DNA of 64,000 bases from Candidatus Doudnabacteria bacterium RIFCSPHIGHO2_01_FULL_46_14 (lineage in GTDB: Bacteria; Patescibacteriota; Doudnabacteria; UBA920; 2-01-FULL-46-14), in the NCBI GenBank assembly GCA_001779925.1, contig MFEK01000016.1:78504-142503 (forward strand), in the 5' to 3' direction. Positions 1-8,475 of the stretch are shown here, piece by piece (position 1 is the first letter of the stretch; each line of letters begins with the position of its first letter). The position numbers were made by a program, and so were the translations under genes. The notes below the pieces were generated by a model. That model did no database searches and was not told the DNA's origin. It saw only the letters and a list, made by a program, of their open reading frames with translations.

Positions 1-855
1 GAAGCAGGCTCAAATCATCCGTTGGCCAAGGCTATTATTGAAGAGGCAACCAAAAGAGGCACTATGCCGCTAGAGCCTGTTGAAAAATTTCAATCTGTAG
101 CCGGCCACGGCTTGAAAGCAATTATTAAGGGTATGCCTGTCCTTGCGGGTAAAGAAAAGCTGCTCACCGATAACGGAGTATCTATCAATTCTGCCGCGCG
201 CGCACTGCTAGATCGGTTGGCCGGCGAAGGTAAAACTTTGAGTTTGATTGCCTGCAGCGGCAAGCTTGCCGGTGTGGTCGCAGCCGCTGATACCATTAAA
301 CCGACTGCTAAAAAAACTATTGCCAGTTTACAACAGCTTGGCATTGAGGTGGCCATGATTACCGGGGATCACAAAGGAGTAGCTCGCGCGGTAGGAAAAG
401 CGCTCGGAATGGATAGAATCTTTGCCGAAGTCCTGCCCGGAGATAAGGCCAAATATGTCAAAAAACTCCAAGACGAGGGCAAATTTGTGGCAATGGTAGG
501 AGACGGCATCAATGACGCTCCCGCTTTGGCGCAGGCCGATATCGGCATTGCCATCGGCGCGGGAACCGATGTGGCGATTGAGACCGGCAACATTGTGCTT
601 ATGAAATCAGACCCATATGACATTGTAGCCGCTATAAGACTTTCCAAAGCCACTGTCACAAAAATGAAGCAGAACCTGTTTTGGGCGGCGATCTACAACA
701 TGCTGGCTATTCCCGTGGCAGCCGGAGTGTTTTACAATTCGCTCGGCTGGTCATTGCGCCCCGAGATTTCTGCCCTGCTTATGTCCGCGTCATCTATTAT
801 AGTGGCAACGAACGCGGTACTATTAAAGCGGGTTGAACCAAAATTGAAAATCTAA
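1..855 (+). CDS. Heavy-metal (Cu-type) P1B ATPase, C-terminal part (5' end outside window)
   Basis: HP motif at the window start, MITGD, VAMVGDGINDAPALA and the QNLFWA/YN..AIP transmembrane motifs. Confidence 0.93.
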   Translation, partial: EAGSNHPLAKAIIEEATKRGTMPLEPVEKFQSVAGHGLKAIIKGMPVLAGKEKLLTDNGVSINSAARALLDRLAGEGKTLSLIACSGKLAGVVAAADTIKPTAKKTIASLQQLGIEVAMITGDHKGVARAVGKALGMDRIFAEVLPGDKAKYVKKLQDEGKFVAMVGDGINDAPALAQADIGIAIGAGTDVAIETGNIVLMKSDPYDIVAAIRLSKATVTKMKQNLFWAAIYNMLAIPVAAGVFYNSLGWSLRPEISALLMSASSIIVATNAVLLKRVEPKLKI

Positions 856-910
856 TATATCGCACTTTCGCAGGCAACTAAAAAAATAATTAACGGCTTT
901 TAATTCAGAT

Positions 911-1519
911 ATGGCAAAGATGAATCAGTTGGAAAAATTTTTTGTGAACAGCCGGCTCCAATACTATTTGCACAGATGGTTTGGTTTTGGCAGATTTCTT
1001 GAAAAATTACCCTCGACATCTTATGGAGATATTTTAGAAATTGGGGCAGGGGTAGGCTTCACATCGCAGTTATTGTCAGAAAAATATCCTAATGCCAGAA
1101 TCCTAGCTACGGATTTTGACGAAGGTTCAATTGAAATCGCAAAACAGAAAAAACATTCGTCTAACATCTCATTCCATCAGGCGGATGCAACCAAACTGAC
1201 GCTTTCCGATAGTCAATTTGATGCTGCCTTTTCTATCTTGACGCTCCACCATATTCATGATTTTGAAAATGCAATTGCCGAACTTGCCCGTATCGTCAAA
1301 CGAGATGGTGATGTTTATATCATGGATATGCCATCGGCTTCGTTTAATTTTACTCATTTTAGAAGGAACGTTGTTCCGGGAGTCTTTACAAAGAGTGACT
1401 TGATAAAAATAGGAGAAAGGCACGGCCTCAAAATGCAAGATTGTGGAGGCAAGTATTTATTTAAGCTTTGTGGAAAAAAATATGATAAACCGGCCCAAAA
1501 AATATGCACTTTCAGCTAG
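911..1519 (+). CDS. Class I SAM-dependent methyltransferase
   Basis: ILEIGAGVG motif I, QADATKL and LTLHH..D...AIAELARIVK. Confidence 0.88.
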   Translation: MAKMNQLEKFFVNSRLQYYLHRWFGFGRFLEKLPSTSYGDILEIGAGVGFTSQLLSEKYPNARILATDFDEGSIEIAKQKKHSSNISFHQADATKLTLSDSQFDAAFSILTLHHIHDFENAIAELARIVKRDGDVYIMDMPSASFNFTHFRRNVVPGVFTKSDLIKIGERHGLKMQDCGGKYLFKLCGKKYDKPAQKICTFS

Positions 1520-2244
1520 TCTTGCAACAACTTGGATTATCCGAACATGAGGCAAAACTTTATCTTGCTTCTTTGAAAATGGGCGAGGCCAATATCGCAG
1601 ACTTGGCGCAGGCTTTGCAATGGCCGAGATCCACCGTAAAAGAACTGGCGGAGGCCATGCACAACAAAGGCCTGATGCATTTCTACGTCAAACACGGCCG
1701 AAGATACTGGATTGCGGAAAATCCTGACAAGCTCATGATCAATTTGGAGGAACGCCGGGCGGCCCTCAAAACCATCATGCCTAACCTCCAGGCCATGCGC
1801 TCGGAAATCGGCGGTAAACCCAATGTTCAGCTTTACGTGGGAGCACAGGATATCAAACAGATTCTCGATGACATTATCGAGACCAAACATCATATAGCCG
1901 CCCTAATGTCTCATGATGACTGGCTGGATACTTTTGGCGAGGAATATACCAACGATTTTATCGAACGGCGCAAGTCTCATTTCTTAAGAATGAGGCTCAT
2001 TGCACCGCGTACGGATTTTACCACGCGCCTCAAGCAAAAAGACTCGGAAAGCCTGCGGCAAACCCGATTTTTGTCCGAACATATTGACCTGCGGCGCACT
2101 TCCAATTTTATCTACAACGGAAAAACCGCGGTAATTTCCCTGAACCAAAAGCGGCCGACCGGCATCCTCATTGACGACCCTGACGTGGTGCACGCCCAGC
2201 TGATCTATTTTGAAGCTCTGTGGCACCAGAGCAGCGAGCAATAA
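1504..2244 (+). CDS. TrmB-family transcriptional regulator
   Basis: LGLSEHEAKLYLASL winged-HTH start, ENPDKL, LYVG linker, C-terminal IYNGK..ISL..GILI domain. Confidence 0.85.
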   Translation: MHFQLVLQQLGLSEHEAKLYLASLKMGEANIADLAQALQWPRSTVKELAEAMHNKGLMHFYVKHGRRYWIAENPDKLMINLEERRAALKTIMPNLQAMRSEIGGKPNVQLYVGAQDIKQILDDIIETKHHIAALMSHDDWLDTFGEEYTNDFIERRKSHFLRMRLIAPRTDFTTRLKQKDSESLRQTRFLSEHIDLRRTSNFIYNGKTAVISLNQKRPTGILIDDPDVVHAQLIYFEALWHQSSEQ

Positions 2245-2258
2245 AAATCGAACTACTG

Positions 2259-2297
2259 CAAAAACTAACGGCAAATTTGCCGTTAGTTTTTTATGCA
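2259..2297. terminator. Palindromic terminator-like hairpin
   Basis: aaaaactaacggcaaa/tttgccgttagttttt after the TrmB stop. Confidence 0.6.
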
Positions 2298-2653
2298 AAC
2301 GCAGAAAATTTCAGCAAATTTTTTCCATAAATAAGCAAAAAACAAAGATAAAAAAATTTCTCCCGAAATCTTTTTTCCTCGAGGCTTGTTTCTATTGCCA
2401 TCGGTGTTGGAAATGGGATACTGGATCTAAGAGGATTCCTGCTCTCCACAAACGCAGAAAAGAAACAACAATTCAAGACCGGTGGAGGCGGCCAAAGCGA
2501 GCGGTCTTAAACCGCAAGGCAGAGCAGGAATCCCGCCAGAAAAAAAATATACACGAGCAAAATGAAAAATCGCAGGCGTTAGAATAGTTAGTCAACCATC
2601 AGAACAAAGCCGAGGAAATTAATAAAACTTTTTTCGAGGGAGGTGAAAACCAT

Positions 2654-3100
2654 ATGTATCAAACTATTCTCACCATTAAAACCGAATGTCGGCAGGAAGC
2701 TGTTGATATTACCGGGCAGGTAAATGACATAATCGGCAATCACCAGATTGAACAGGGTCTGATTCTGCTGTTTGTTCTGCATTCCACGGCCGCGCTTTCT
2801 ACGGTAACTTTTGCGCCAGGTAAAGACCTGGACATTCTGGAATCACTTGAGCCTGACGTGCCTGCCGGTTTTGAACACTTGCATGGGCATTTTCACCTGC
2901 CTCACCATCTGGTTTCAGCCCTGCTCCACCAAAGTTTAGTTCTACCGATCAGAGATAACCGACTTCTGTTGGGGCAGACTCAAAAGGTTAATCTTGTCGA
3001 ACTAAATGGTCCGAAAGACAGGCAAATCGCGGTGATGCTCTTTGACCATAATGGCCTGAAAATTCCGGCTTTGGCCCACTCGCAAATTAACTACGAATGA
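2654..3100 (+). CDS. YjbQ/UPF0047 family protein
   Basis: VDITGQV, LFVLHSTAAL and LLLGQTQ..LVELNGPKDR motifs; SD GGAGGT. Confidence 0.8.
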   Translation: MYQTILTIKTECRQEAVDITGQVNDIIGNHQIEQGLILLFVLHSTAALSTVTFAPGKDLDILESLEPDVPAGFEHLHGHFHLPHHLVSALLHQSLVLPIRDNRLLLGQTQKVNLVELNGPKDRQIAVMLFDHNGLKIPALAHSQINYE

Positions 3101-3195
3101 TAATACCAAAAAATATCCATCCGCTGCGCCCTTACGGGCAAAAAAAATAATCATTAACGGTCGAAAACTTAATTTGCACAAAGGAGAATAAACAT

Positions 3196-3579
3196 ATGAA
3201 CAACTTCAATTGGACAAAAGCTTTCGGATTCGGAGCTCTCATCTGGGTTATTATGTTCGCGGCAGCCGCAATCCTGGTCAGTTTGAATGTGGTTCTCTCT
3301 GTCTGGACCATGTTGGCTCTGGCCGTGATCGCCGGAGTACTCTCATACAGCTTTGCGATCAGTGCCAATCCGCAGACAGCCGGAGAAGCTCTGGGTTATG
3401 GGGTACTGTGGGCAGCACTTGGTATTGTGCTGGACCTGCTCATCAGTCGGCAGTTCAATGTGGGCAGTGGAATCTTCGGGGTCTGGACCTACTGGCTCGG
3501 CTACGCGCTGATGCTATTTGTGCCGTCCCTGCGGGTCCCGTCCGAGGTGGGCACCGGCGCCCAGCACCATCCAATCTAA
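3196..3579 (+). CDS. Small integral membrane protein (4 TM)
   Basis: Four hydrophobic segments; SD AAGGAG. Confidence 0.7.
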   Translation: MNNFNWTKAFGFGALIWVIMFAAAAILVSLNVVLSVWTMLALAVIAGVLSYSFAISANPQTAGEALGYGVLWAALGIVLDLLISRQFNVGSGIFGVWTYWLGYALMLFVPSLRVPSEVGTGAQHHPI

Positions 3580-3639
3580 ACTTCGCGAGGGCGCAGCAGT
3601 TCAATTCAACATTAAGCAATTAGCAAGGGAAACACGTAT

Positions 3640-3861
3640 ATGATGGGTTTTGGATATTATCAACCATTCGGCGCGCTGGGGATGATCCTGTCATGGGTCG
3701 TTATCATAGCAGTCATTGCGCTCATTGTTCGCTGGGTTGCGCGGGCTAACGGCAAACTGCCCGGGACAAACACTGCCTTGGATATCCTCAAAGAGCGTTA
3801 TGCCAAAGGCGAAATAGGCAAACACGAATTCGAGGAAAAGAAAAAAGACCTGGAGAAATGA
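3640..3861 (+). CDS. SHOCT-domain membrane protein
   Basis: TM helix followed by ALDILKERYAKGEIGKHEFEEKKKDL. Confidence 0.85.
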   Translation: MMGFGYYQPFGALGMILSWVVIIAVIALIVRWVARANGKLPGTNTALDILKERYAKGEIGKHEFEEKKKDLEK

Positions 3862-3961
3862 GACGGTGACTCATGAACGAAACCATTGAGATTCCCAAAA
3901 TTCCTCACTATATATTTATGGCAATGCTGAGTGAAAAAAATAATCCTAACCCATAACCATT

Positions 3962-4591
3962 ATGCATTTTAAAGACCGACAACACGCGGCCAAGCAACTA
4001 TTCCCGGCTTTGGAAAAATATAAAGGCCGAGACGTTGTAGTATATGCGCTGCCGCGCGGCGGTGTTATGTTGGGTGTAGAGATAGCCAGACACTTGGGCG
4101 CTGCGTTTGATTTACTAATTCCTCGGAAGATTGGGCATCCATACGATCCCGAGTATGCTATAGCCGCAGTTTCCGAATCAGGCGAAGTGATAAAAAATGA
4201 AGAGGAACATAAGCATATTGATCAGCAGTGGTTTGCGAAAGAAATGGAAAAGGAGCTTGTGGAAATCAAACGCCGCCGCCAGCTTTATCTGGACGGCCGA
4301 AAATCTGTTGATCCAAAAGGCAAAATCGCGATCATTGTGGATGATGGGTTGGCCACCGGACTGACCATGAAGGTAGCGATCAAGCAGCTGCGCAATCAAA
4401 AAATCAAAAGCATCATCGTAGCCGTACCGGTCGCTCCAGCAGACACGGCCAGGGAAATCGGAGATTTGGCGGACGAACTGATAGCCCTGCATGTCCCGTC
4501 AGGCTTTGCCGCCATCAGCGCCTATTACCGGGATTTTCCGCAAGTATCGGACGAGGAAGTTATTTCGCTTATTAAATCTCTGGAACCGTAA
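3962..4591 (+). CDS. Phosphoribosyltransferase family protein
   Basis: ALPRGG, IIVDDGLATG PRPP loop, YYRDFPQVSDEEV. Confidence 0.9.
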   Translation: MHFKDRQHAAKQLFPALEKYKGRDVVVYALPRGGVMLGVEIARHLGAAFDLLIPRKIGHPYDPEYAIAAVSESGEVIKNEEEHKHIDQQWFAKEMEKELVEIKRRRQLYLDGRKSVDPKGKIAIIVDDGLATGLTMKVAIKQLRNQKIKSIIVAVPVAPADTAREIGDLADELIALHVPSGFAAISAYYRDFPQVSDEEVISLIKSLEP

Positions 4592-4677
4592 AAAATGTTT
4601 GATTGAAAGAGCTGGCATCGGCATTGTATGATCACGGATTTTTCTGATCTCCACGAACATTTTTATCAAATACCGGA

Positions 4678-5058
4678 TTGGGGAAATATTTGAAAAAGGG
4701 GTATAATATATATCTATGTTTTGGCTGTACCAGGGGCAAAGACAGGCACTGTCAAAACAAGTACATCCAAGAAAAGGACATGATCGAGGAACTCCTGAAA
4801 ATCCTTAATCAGATAGACTTAAGTGAACTTGGAACGCGGCAAAAGCTTGAGGAAGAAATCAACCGGTTCCATAAATTCCAAAATACGGTACTCAAATCCA
4901 AGGATTCGGCTGGACAGAAAACAAGCCACATTGATATCCGGACCTATGCCAAATATCTGCTCAAGGAAGGCAGTATCACTGAGAAGCGAGAACTGTTGGC
5001 GAACCTGAAAAGCAAACTGGTGTACAAAGATAAAACAATCACACTACTCCAACAATAA
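4678..5058 (+). pseudogene. C-terminal remnant of a large serine recombinase (Zn ribbon plus coiled coil)
   Basis: Y.C..C......C..KYI.E..L/M..L pattern and EKRELL..L tail; no catalytic domain; next to the tRNA-Ser 3' end. Confidence 0.6.
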
Positions 5059-5062
5059 CCGC

Positions 5063-5099
5063 TAAACAACAACACCGCTTTTTAAAGCGGTGTTGTTTT
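5063..5099. terminator. Terminator hairpin
   Basis: aaacaacaacaccgcttt/aaagcggtgttgtttt. Confidence 0.6.
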
Positions 5100-5167
5100 G
5101 GTTGCCACTCGATCTTGCTACCAGCGCCACCCGAGGTACTCGGGTCTCGCTCGATAACAAAATGTCG

Positions 5168-5257
5168 TGGCGGAGAGGGTGGGATTCGAACCCACGAGAC
5201 CCGATGAAAGGTCACAGTTTTCGAGACTGTCGCCTTGAACCACTTGGCTACCTCTCC
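5168..5257 (-). tRNA. tRNA-Ser(CGA)
   Basis: Cloverleaf with long variable arm, ACAGT-CT-CGA-AA-ACTGT, GTTCGAATC, CCA. Confidence 0.95.
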
Positions 5258-5286
5258 ATCTAAACTTAGTCCTATCAGTTTTTTAA

Positions 5287-5496
5287 ATGCTCCACCACCT
5301 TTATAGCCCTTATTTGAAATTCTCGTCGGTAAGCATCCTGCTCAGTGAAAAATGTTTCATAATGCACTCGAACCGCCGTATTTCCGAAAAAATTGTTTCT
5401 TGGGATTTCAAAAAACCTTTTGATTTGCTTGCAAATCTTCCCGCCGACGAGCTTCGCTCGGAGGCGGCGTCATCAAAAAATTTGCAAAATTTCACT
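5287..5496 (+). pseudogene. Possible C-terminal remnant of a second integrase/serine recombinase abutting tRNA-Pro
   Basis: KIVSWDFKKPFDLLA...W tail running into the tRNA 3' end. Confidence 0.35.
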
Positions 5497-5570
5497 TGGT
5501 CGGGGTGCTGGGAATTGAACCCAGTCTACACGCACCCGAAGCGTGCGTACTACCGGCATACTCCACCCCG
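5497..5570 (-). tRNA. tRNA-Pro(CGG)
   Basis: CACGC-TT-CGG-GT-GCGTG arm, GTTCAATTC, CCA. Confidence 0.93.
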
Positions 5571-5599
5571 AATGTGCTTTTGAATTTACTATTTAGTTT

Positions 5600-5818
5600 T
5601 GCCCCCAGAGGGAATCGAACCCCTATCTTGTCCTTAGGACGGATCTGCTCCCCGCCCGCCTGACTCGTCTATGTCCCTGGAGGGAATCGAACCCCCATCT
5701 TATCCTTAGGACGGATCTGCTCTATCCATTGAGCTACAGAGACGTCAGGCGAGTCGGGCGGGTATCCGCTTGTCCGACCTGGATCGGACTCCGACATTGG
5801 TCGGAGAGCTACGGGGAC
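5600..5818 (-). pseudogene. Interrupted tRNA-Arg(CCT) with two palindromic insertions in the D arm
   Basis: Removing 5651-5762 and 5771-5805 restores GTCCCCGTAGCTCAGCGGATAGAGCAGATCCGTCCTAAGGACAAGATAGGGGTTCGATTCCCTCTGGGGGCA. Confidence 0.8.
5672..5743 (-). tRNA. tRNA-Arg(CCT), intact, nested inside the interrupted copy
   Basis: GTCTCTG/CAGGGAC acceptor stem, anticodon loop GT-CCT-AA, GTTCGATTC; no encoded CCA. Confidence 0.88.
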
Positions 5819-5821
5819 ATG

Positions 5822-5895
5822 TGGTGGACCCGAGGGGAATCGGACCCCTGACTGCTCCATGCCATGGAGCCGTGTTACCATTATACTACGGGCCC
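5822..5895 (-). tRNA. tRNA-Ala(GGC)
   Basis: GCTCC-AT-GGC-AT-GGAGC, G3:U70, CCA; T-loop reads GTCCGA. Confidence 0.9.
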
Positions 5896-5977
5896 TAATT
5901 AACTTTTCAGTTTATATATTGTAATGAAAATCGTGATTTATTTCAATGTTTCACATTGAGGCGTATATAATGAAACA

Positions 5978-6640
5978 GTGATCACCCCAACCTACACTAA
6001 AGAATTAGAATTACTCCCGAATTACCGCCTTATTGCCGGCGTTGATGAGGTGGGCCGCGGGCCGCTCGCTGGGCCCGTAGTGTCAGCGGTTGTAATTCTC
6101 AATCCTGCAGCGGTTGGAAAATACCGTAGCAAGACCAAATGGTGGAGCGCGGTTCGCGACAGTAAAACCGTGCCAGGGCACAGACGGCAATCTTTGGCGG
6201 AATTCATAAAAGAGAACGCTATTGATTATGCCGTCGGTCTTGCTACGCATCGGGAGATTGATGAACTCAATATTCATTTTGCCTCACTGCTCTCCATGAA
6301 GCGTGCAGTAGAGAATCTGAAAATCTCACCCGATATCGTGCTCATAGATGGACTTTACAAAATTCCACATTCCATATTCCAGATTCAAACTATCGTAAAT
6401 GGCGACGCAAAAATTTTATCTATCGCGGCTGCTTCCATTCTCGCCAAAGTTTATCGCGATGATCTCATGAAAAAATATTCCGGAGAATTCCCAAATTTTG
6501 GTTTTGAAAAACATAAAGGCTACAATACTCTATTTCATAGAAAGGCGATTATTGCGCACGGCGCTTGTCCCATCCACCGCATGAGTTTTCCTGCTCTGCA
6601 AACAGTGATTAGCAAAAGATTTGCAAATCTGCTAAAATAG
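5978..6640 (+). CDS. rnhB: Ribonuclease HII
   Basis: GVDEVGRGPLAGPV, DSK, SIAAASILAKV, HKGY, IHRMSF. Confidence 0.97.
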   Translation: MITPTYTKELELLPNYRLIAGVDEVGRGPLAGPVVSAVVILNPAAVGKYRSKTKWWSAVRDSKTVPGHRRQSLAEFIKENAIDYAVGLATHREIDELNIHFASLLSMKRAVENLKISPDIVLIDGLYKIPHSIFQIQTIVNGDAKILSIAAASILAKVYRDDLMKKYSGEFPNFGFEKHKGYNTLFHRKAIIAHGACPIHRMSFPALQTVISKRFANLLK

Positions 6641-6699
6641 TACCGCAAGGAAATCAAGAACAGCCGCGTAAGAGTTGCTGTTTTTTTACGTCAAATCAT

Positions 6700-7206
6700 A
6701 TGGATCAAGATCAAATGCAAAAAGAAAAGTTCCTGGAAAGCTATGACAGCTACGCAGATGCGATTTTCCGCTATTGTTTGATTCGGGTCTATGACCGCGA
6801 AAAAGCGCGCGACCTCACCCAGGACGTATTTATCCGCGCCTGGGATTATATTGTTTCCGGCAAAGAGGTTGAGCACTGGAAAGCGTTTCTGTACCGCATT
6901 GCCACGAACCTTATAATCGACAATGCCCGCAGAAAACACGAGCTCATCTCCCTGGAAACATTAATGGAAACCGGATTTGATCCGGGCAAGGATGATCGCT
7001 CGCATGTTGATGATTACATAGACGGGCAAAAAGCTGTCGCCGCGATCAACGATCTCGGAGAAATCTACCGCGAACCGGTATACTTAAGATATGTGGAAGA
7101 TATGTCCCCCGCAGAGATTGCCGAAATCACCGGAGTCTCGGAAAACGTAGTCTCGGTTCGCATCCACCGCGGACTCTACCAATTAAAACGCAAGCTGAAG
7201 CAATAA
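6700..7206 (+). CDS. ECF RNA polymerase sigma factor
   Basis: DLTQDVFIRAW, FLYRIATNLIID, EIAEITGVSENVVSVRIHRG. Confidence 0.93.
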   Translation: MDQDQMQKEKFLESYDSYADAIFRYCLIRVYDREKARDLTQDVFIRAWDYIVSGKEVEHWKAFLYRIATNLIIDNARRKHELISLETLMETGFDPGKDDRSHVDDYIDGQKAVAAINDLGEIYREPVYLRYVEDMSPAEIAEITGVSENVVSVRIHRGLYQLKRKLKQ

Positions 7207-7207
7207 T

Positions 7208-8395
7208 ATGACAAATTTCTTTAAACAATTTAAAAATATAAAACTCGCGGACCAAGAGCGTACAAAAATCCGCGCTAATTTGCTTGCTTATTTGGAAAAC
7301 AATCCGGTAAGACCTTTGAAGATTGCCCGTCATAACTGGCAAAGGTCGAGTATCTTTTCTTTATTCTTAACTAGAGAAGGAACACTCACTATGCCAGCAT
7401 TAATTATAGGTTTAATCATCACGCTTTCCGGAGGAATCTCTGCGGGTGCTGCCGGCTCTCTCCCCGGGGATTTGCTTCACCCTATCAAGATCAATGTCAA
7501 TGAACGGGTCAAAGCCGCGCTAGCCGTAGGCTCCGAGGCCGAGGCCGATCTCGCGCTGAAACTAATGGATGAAAGGCTTCAGGAAACCGAACAGCTTGCT
7601 GTCAAAGCTGATCTGAAAACTGAGCTTGTCGCCAAGGTAGACGAACGGTTTACTATTCAAGCGGATAAGCTCAAAGGTTTGATTGCCCGGTTTGAAGCGG
7701 AAGGAAAATCCGAAGTCGCTGCCAAGCTAAGCGCGAACCTGAACGCTCTCCTGAAAGTTCACGAGCAAATCCTCGCGCAGCTGCGTGAAAAACTCGCAGG
7801 TATTGATCCGGCAAACCTTGATAAGATCCAAACCAGGATTAGAGCCGAGATCAAAAACGCTGAGGACATTAACGTCCGTGTAGAAACCCGAGTCAAAGCA
7901 GGCGACCAGTCTGCAACCTCTACCAAACCCGATATTGAGCACCGTGCAGAGGCCGCAGCTCGCGCCAAGCTTGCCGCTGCAGAGAATAAAATTGCCGAGG
8001 TGGAAAGATTCCTGAATGCGAAAAAAGATCAGGTGACTGCCGAATCTTGGAACCGCGCCAGTGCCAAGCTGGACGAGGCGAAAAACCTCGTTGTCCAAGG
8101 CCAAGCCAAGCTGGAAACAAAAGCTTTCGTGGAAGCTTTCCGATTATTCCAGAAAGCTCATGTGACAGCTCAGGCCGCCAAGCTCCATCTGCTCATCGAA
8201 CATCGCCTGGAAATAAACATTCCGGATCGTAACGAAAGAGATGATCGCGATGAAAGCAAGACTGAACAAAAAGAACTCGACAGAACGGATAAAGACAATC
8301 ATGATGAAGATGACGAAGACAGAAATGAAAAAAATTCCGATAATGAGCTCATCGAACTCAAGCTGAACGGCAAAACCAAACTCGAGGTTCGCTAG
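7208..8395 (+). CDS. Putative anti-sigma factor (DUF5667-like, TM plus coiled coil)
   Basis: SLPGDLLHPIK..NE motif after a TM helix; starts 1 nt after the sigma stop. Confidence 0.75.
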   Translation: MTNFFKQFKNIKLADQERTKIRANLLAYLENNPVRPLKIARHNWQRSSIFSLFLTREGTLTMPALIIGLIITLSGGISAGAAGSLPGDLLHPIKINVNERVKAALAVGSEAEADLALKLMDERLQETEQLAVKADLKTELVAKVDERFTIQADKLKGLIARFEAEGKSEVAAKLSANLNALLKVHEQILAQLREKLAGIDPANLDKIQTRIRAEIKNAEDINVRVETRVKAGDQSATSTKPDIEHRAEAAARAKLAAAENKIAEVERFLNAKKDQVTAESWNRASAKLDEAKNLVVQGQAKLETKAFVEAFRLFQKAHVTAQAAKLHLLIEHRLEINIPDRNERDDRDESKTEQKELDRTDKDNHDEDDEDRNEKNSDNELIELKLNGKTKLEVR

Positions 8396-8408
8396 GATAG
8401 CGTTTCAC

Positions 8409-8437
8409 AAACCCCTCCTTCATTGAAGGAGGGGTTT
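8409..8437. terminator. Hairpin terminator resembling the CCCCTC/GAGGGG repeat family
   Basis: aaacccctccttcattgaaggaggggttt. Confidence 0.65.
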
Positions 8438-8475
8438 GACTAATTTTATTAATCGATTATGATTATTCTTACCAT

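Noticed and set aside
2210-2587. 125-aa ORF
   Set aside because: Low-complexity Lys/Arg-rich frame crossing a terminator and a structured region, with no SD
5669-5881. 70-aa ORF (similarly 11612-11923, 27115-27519, 32679-32864, 36939-37142)
   Set aside because: Shadows of tRNA genes
5822-5895. tRNA-Ala(GGC) as a pseudogene because of the GTCCGA T-loop
   Set aside because: All stems, G3:U70 and CCA are intact; a single loop variant is not enough
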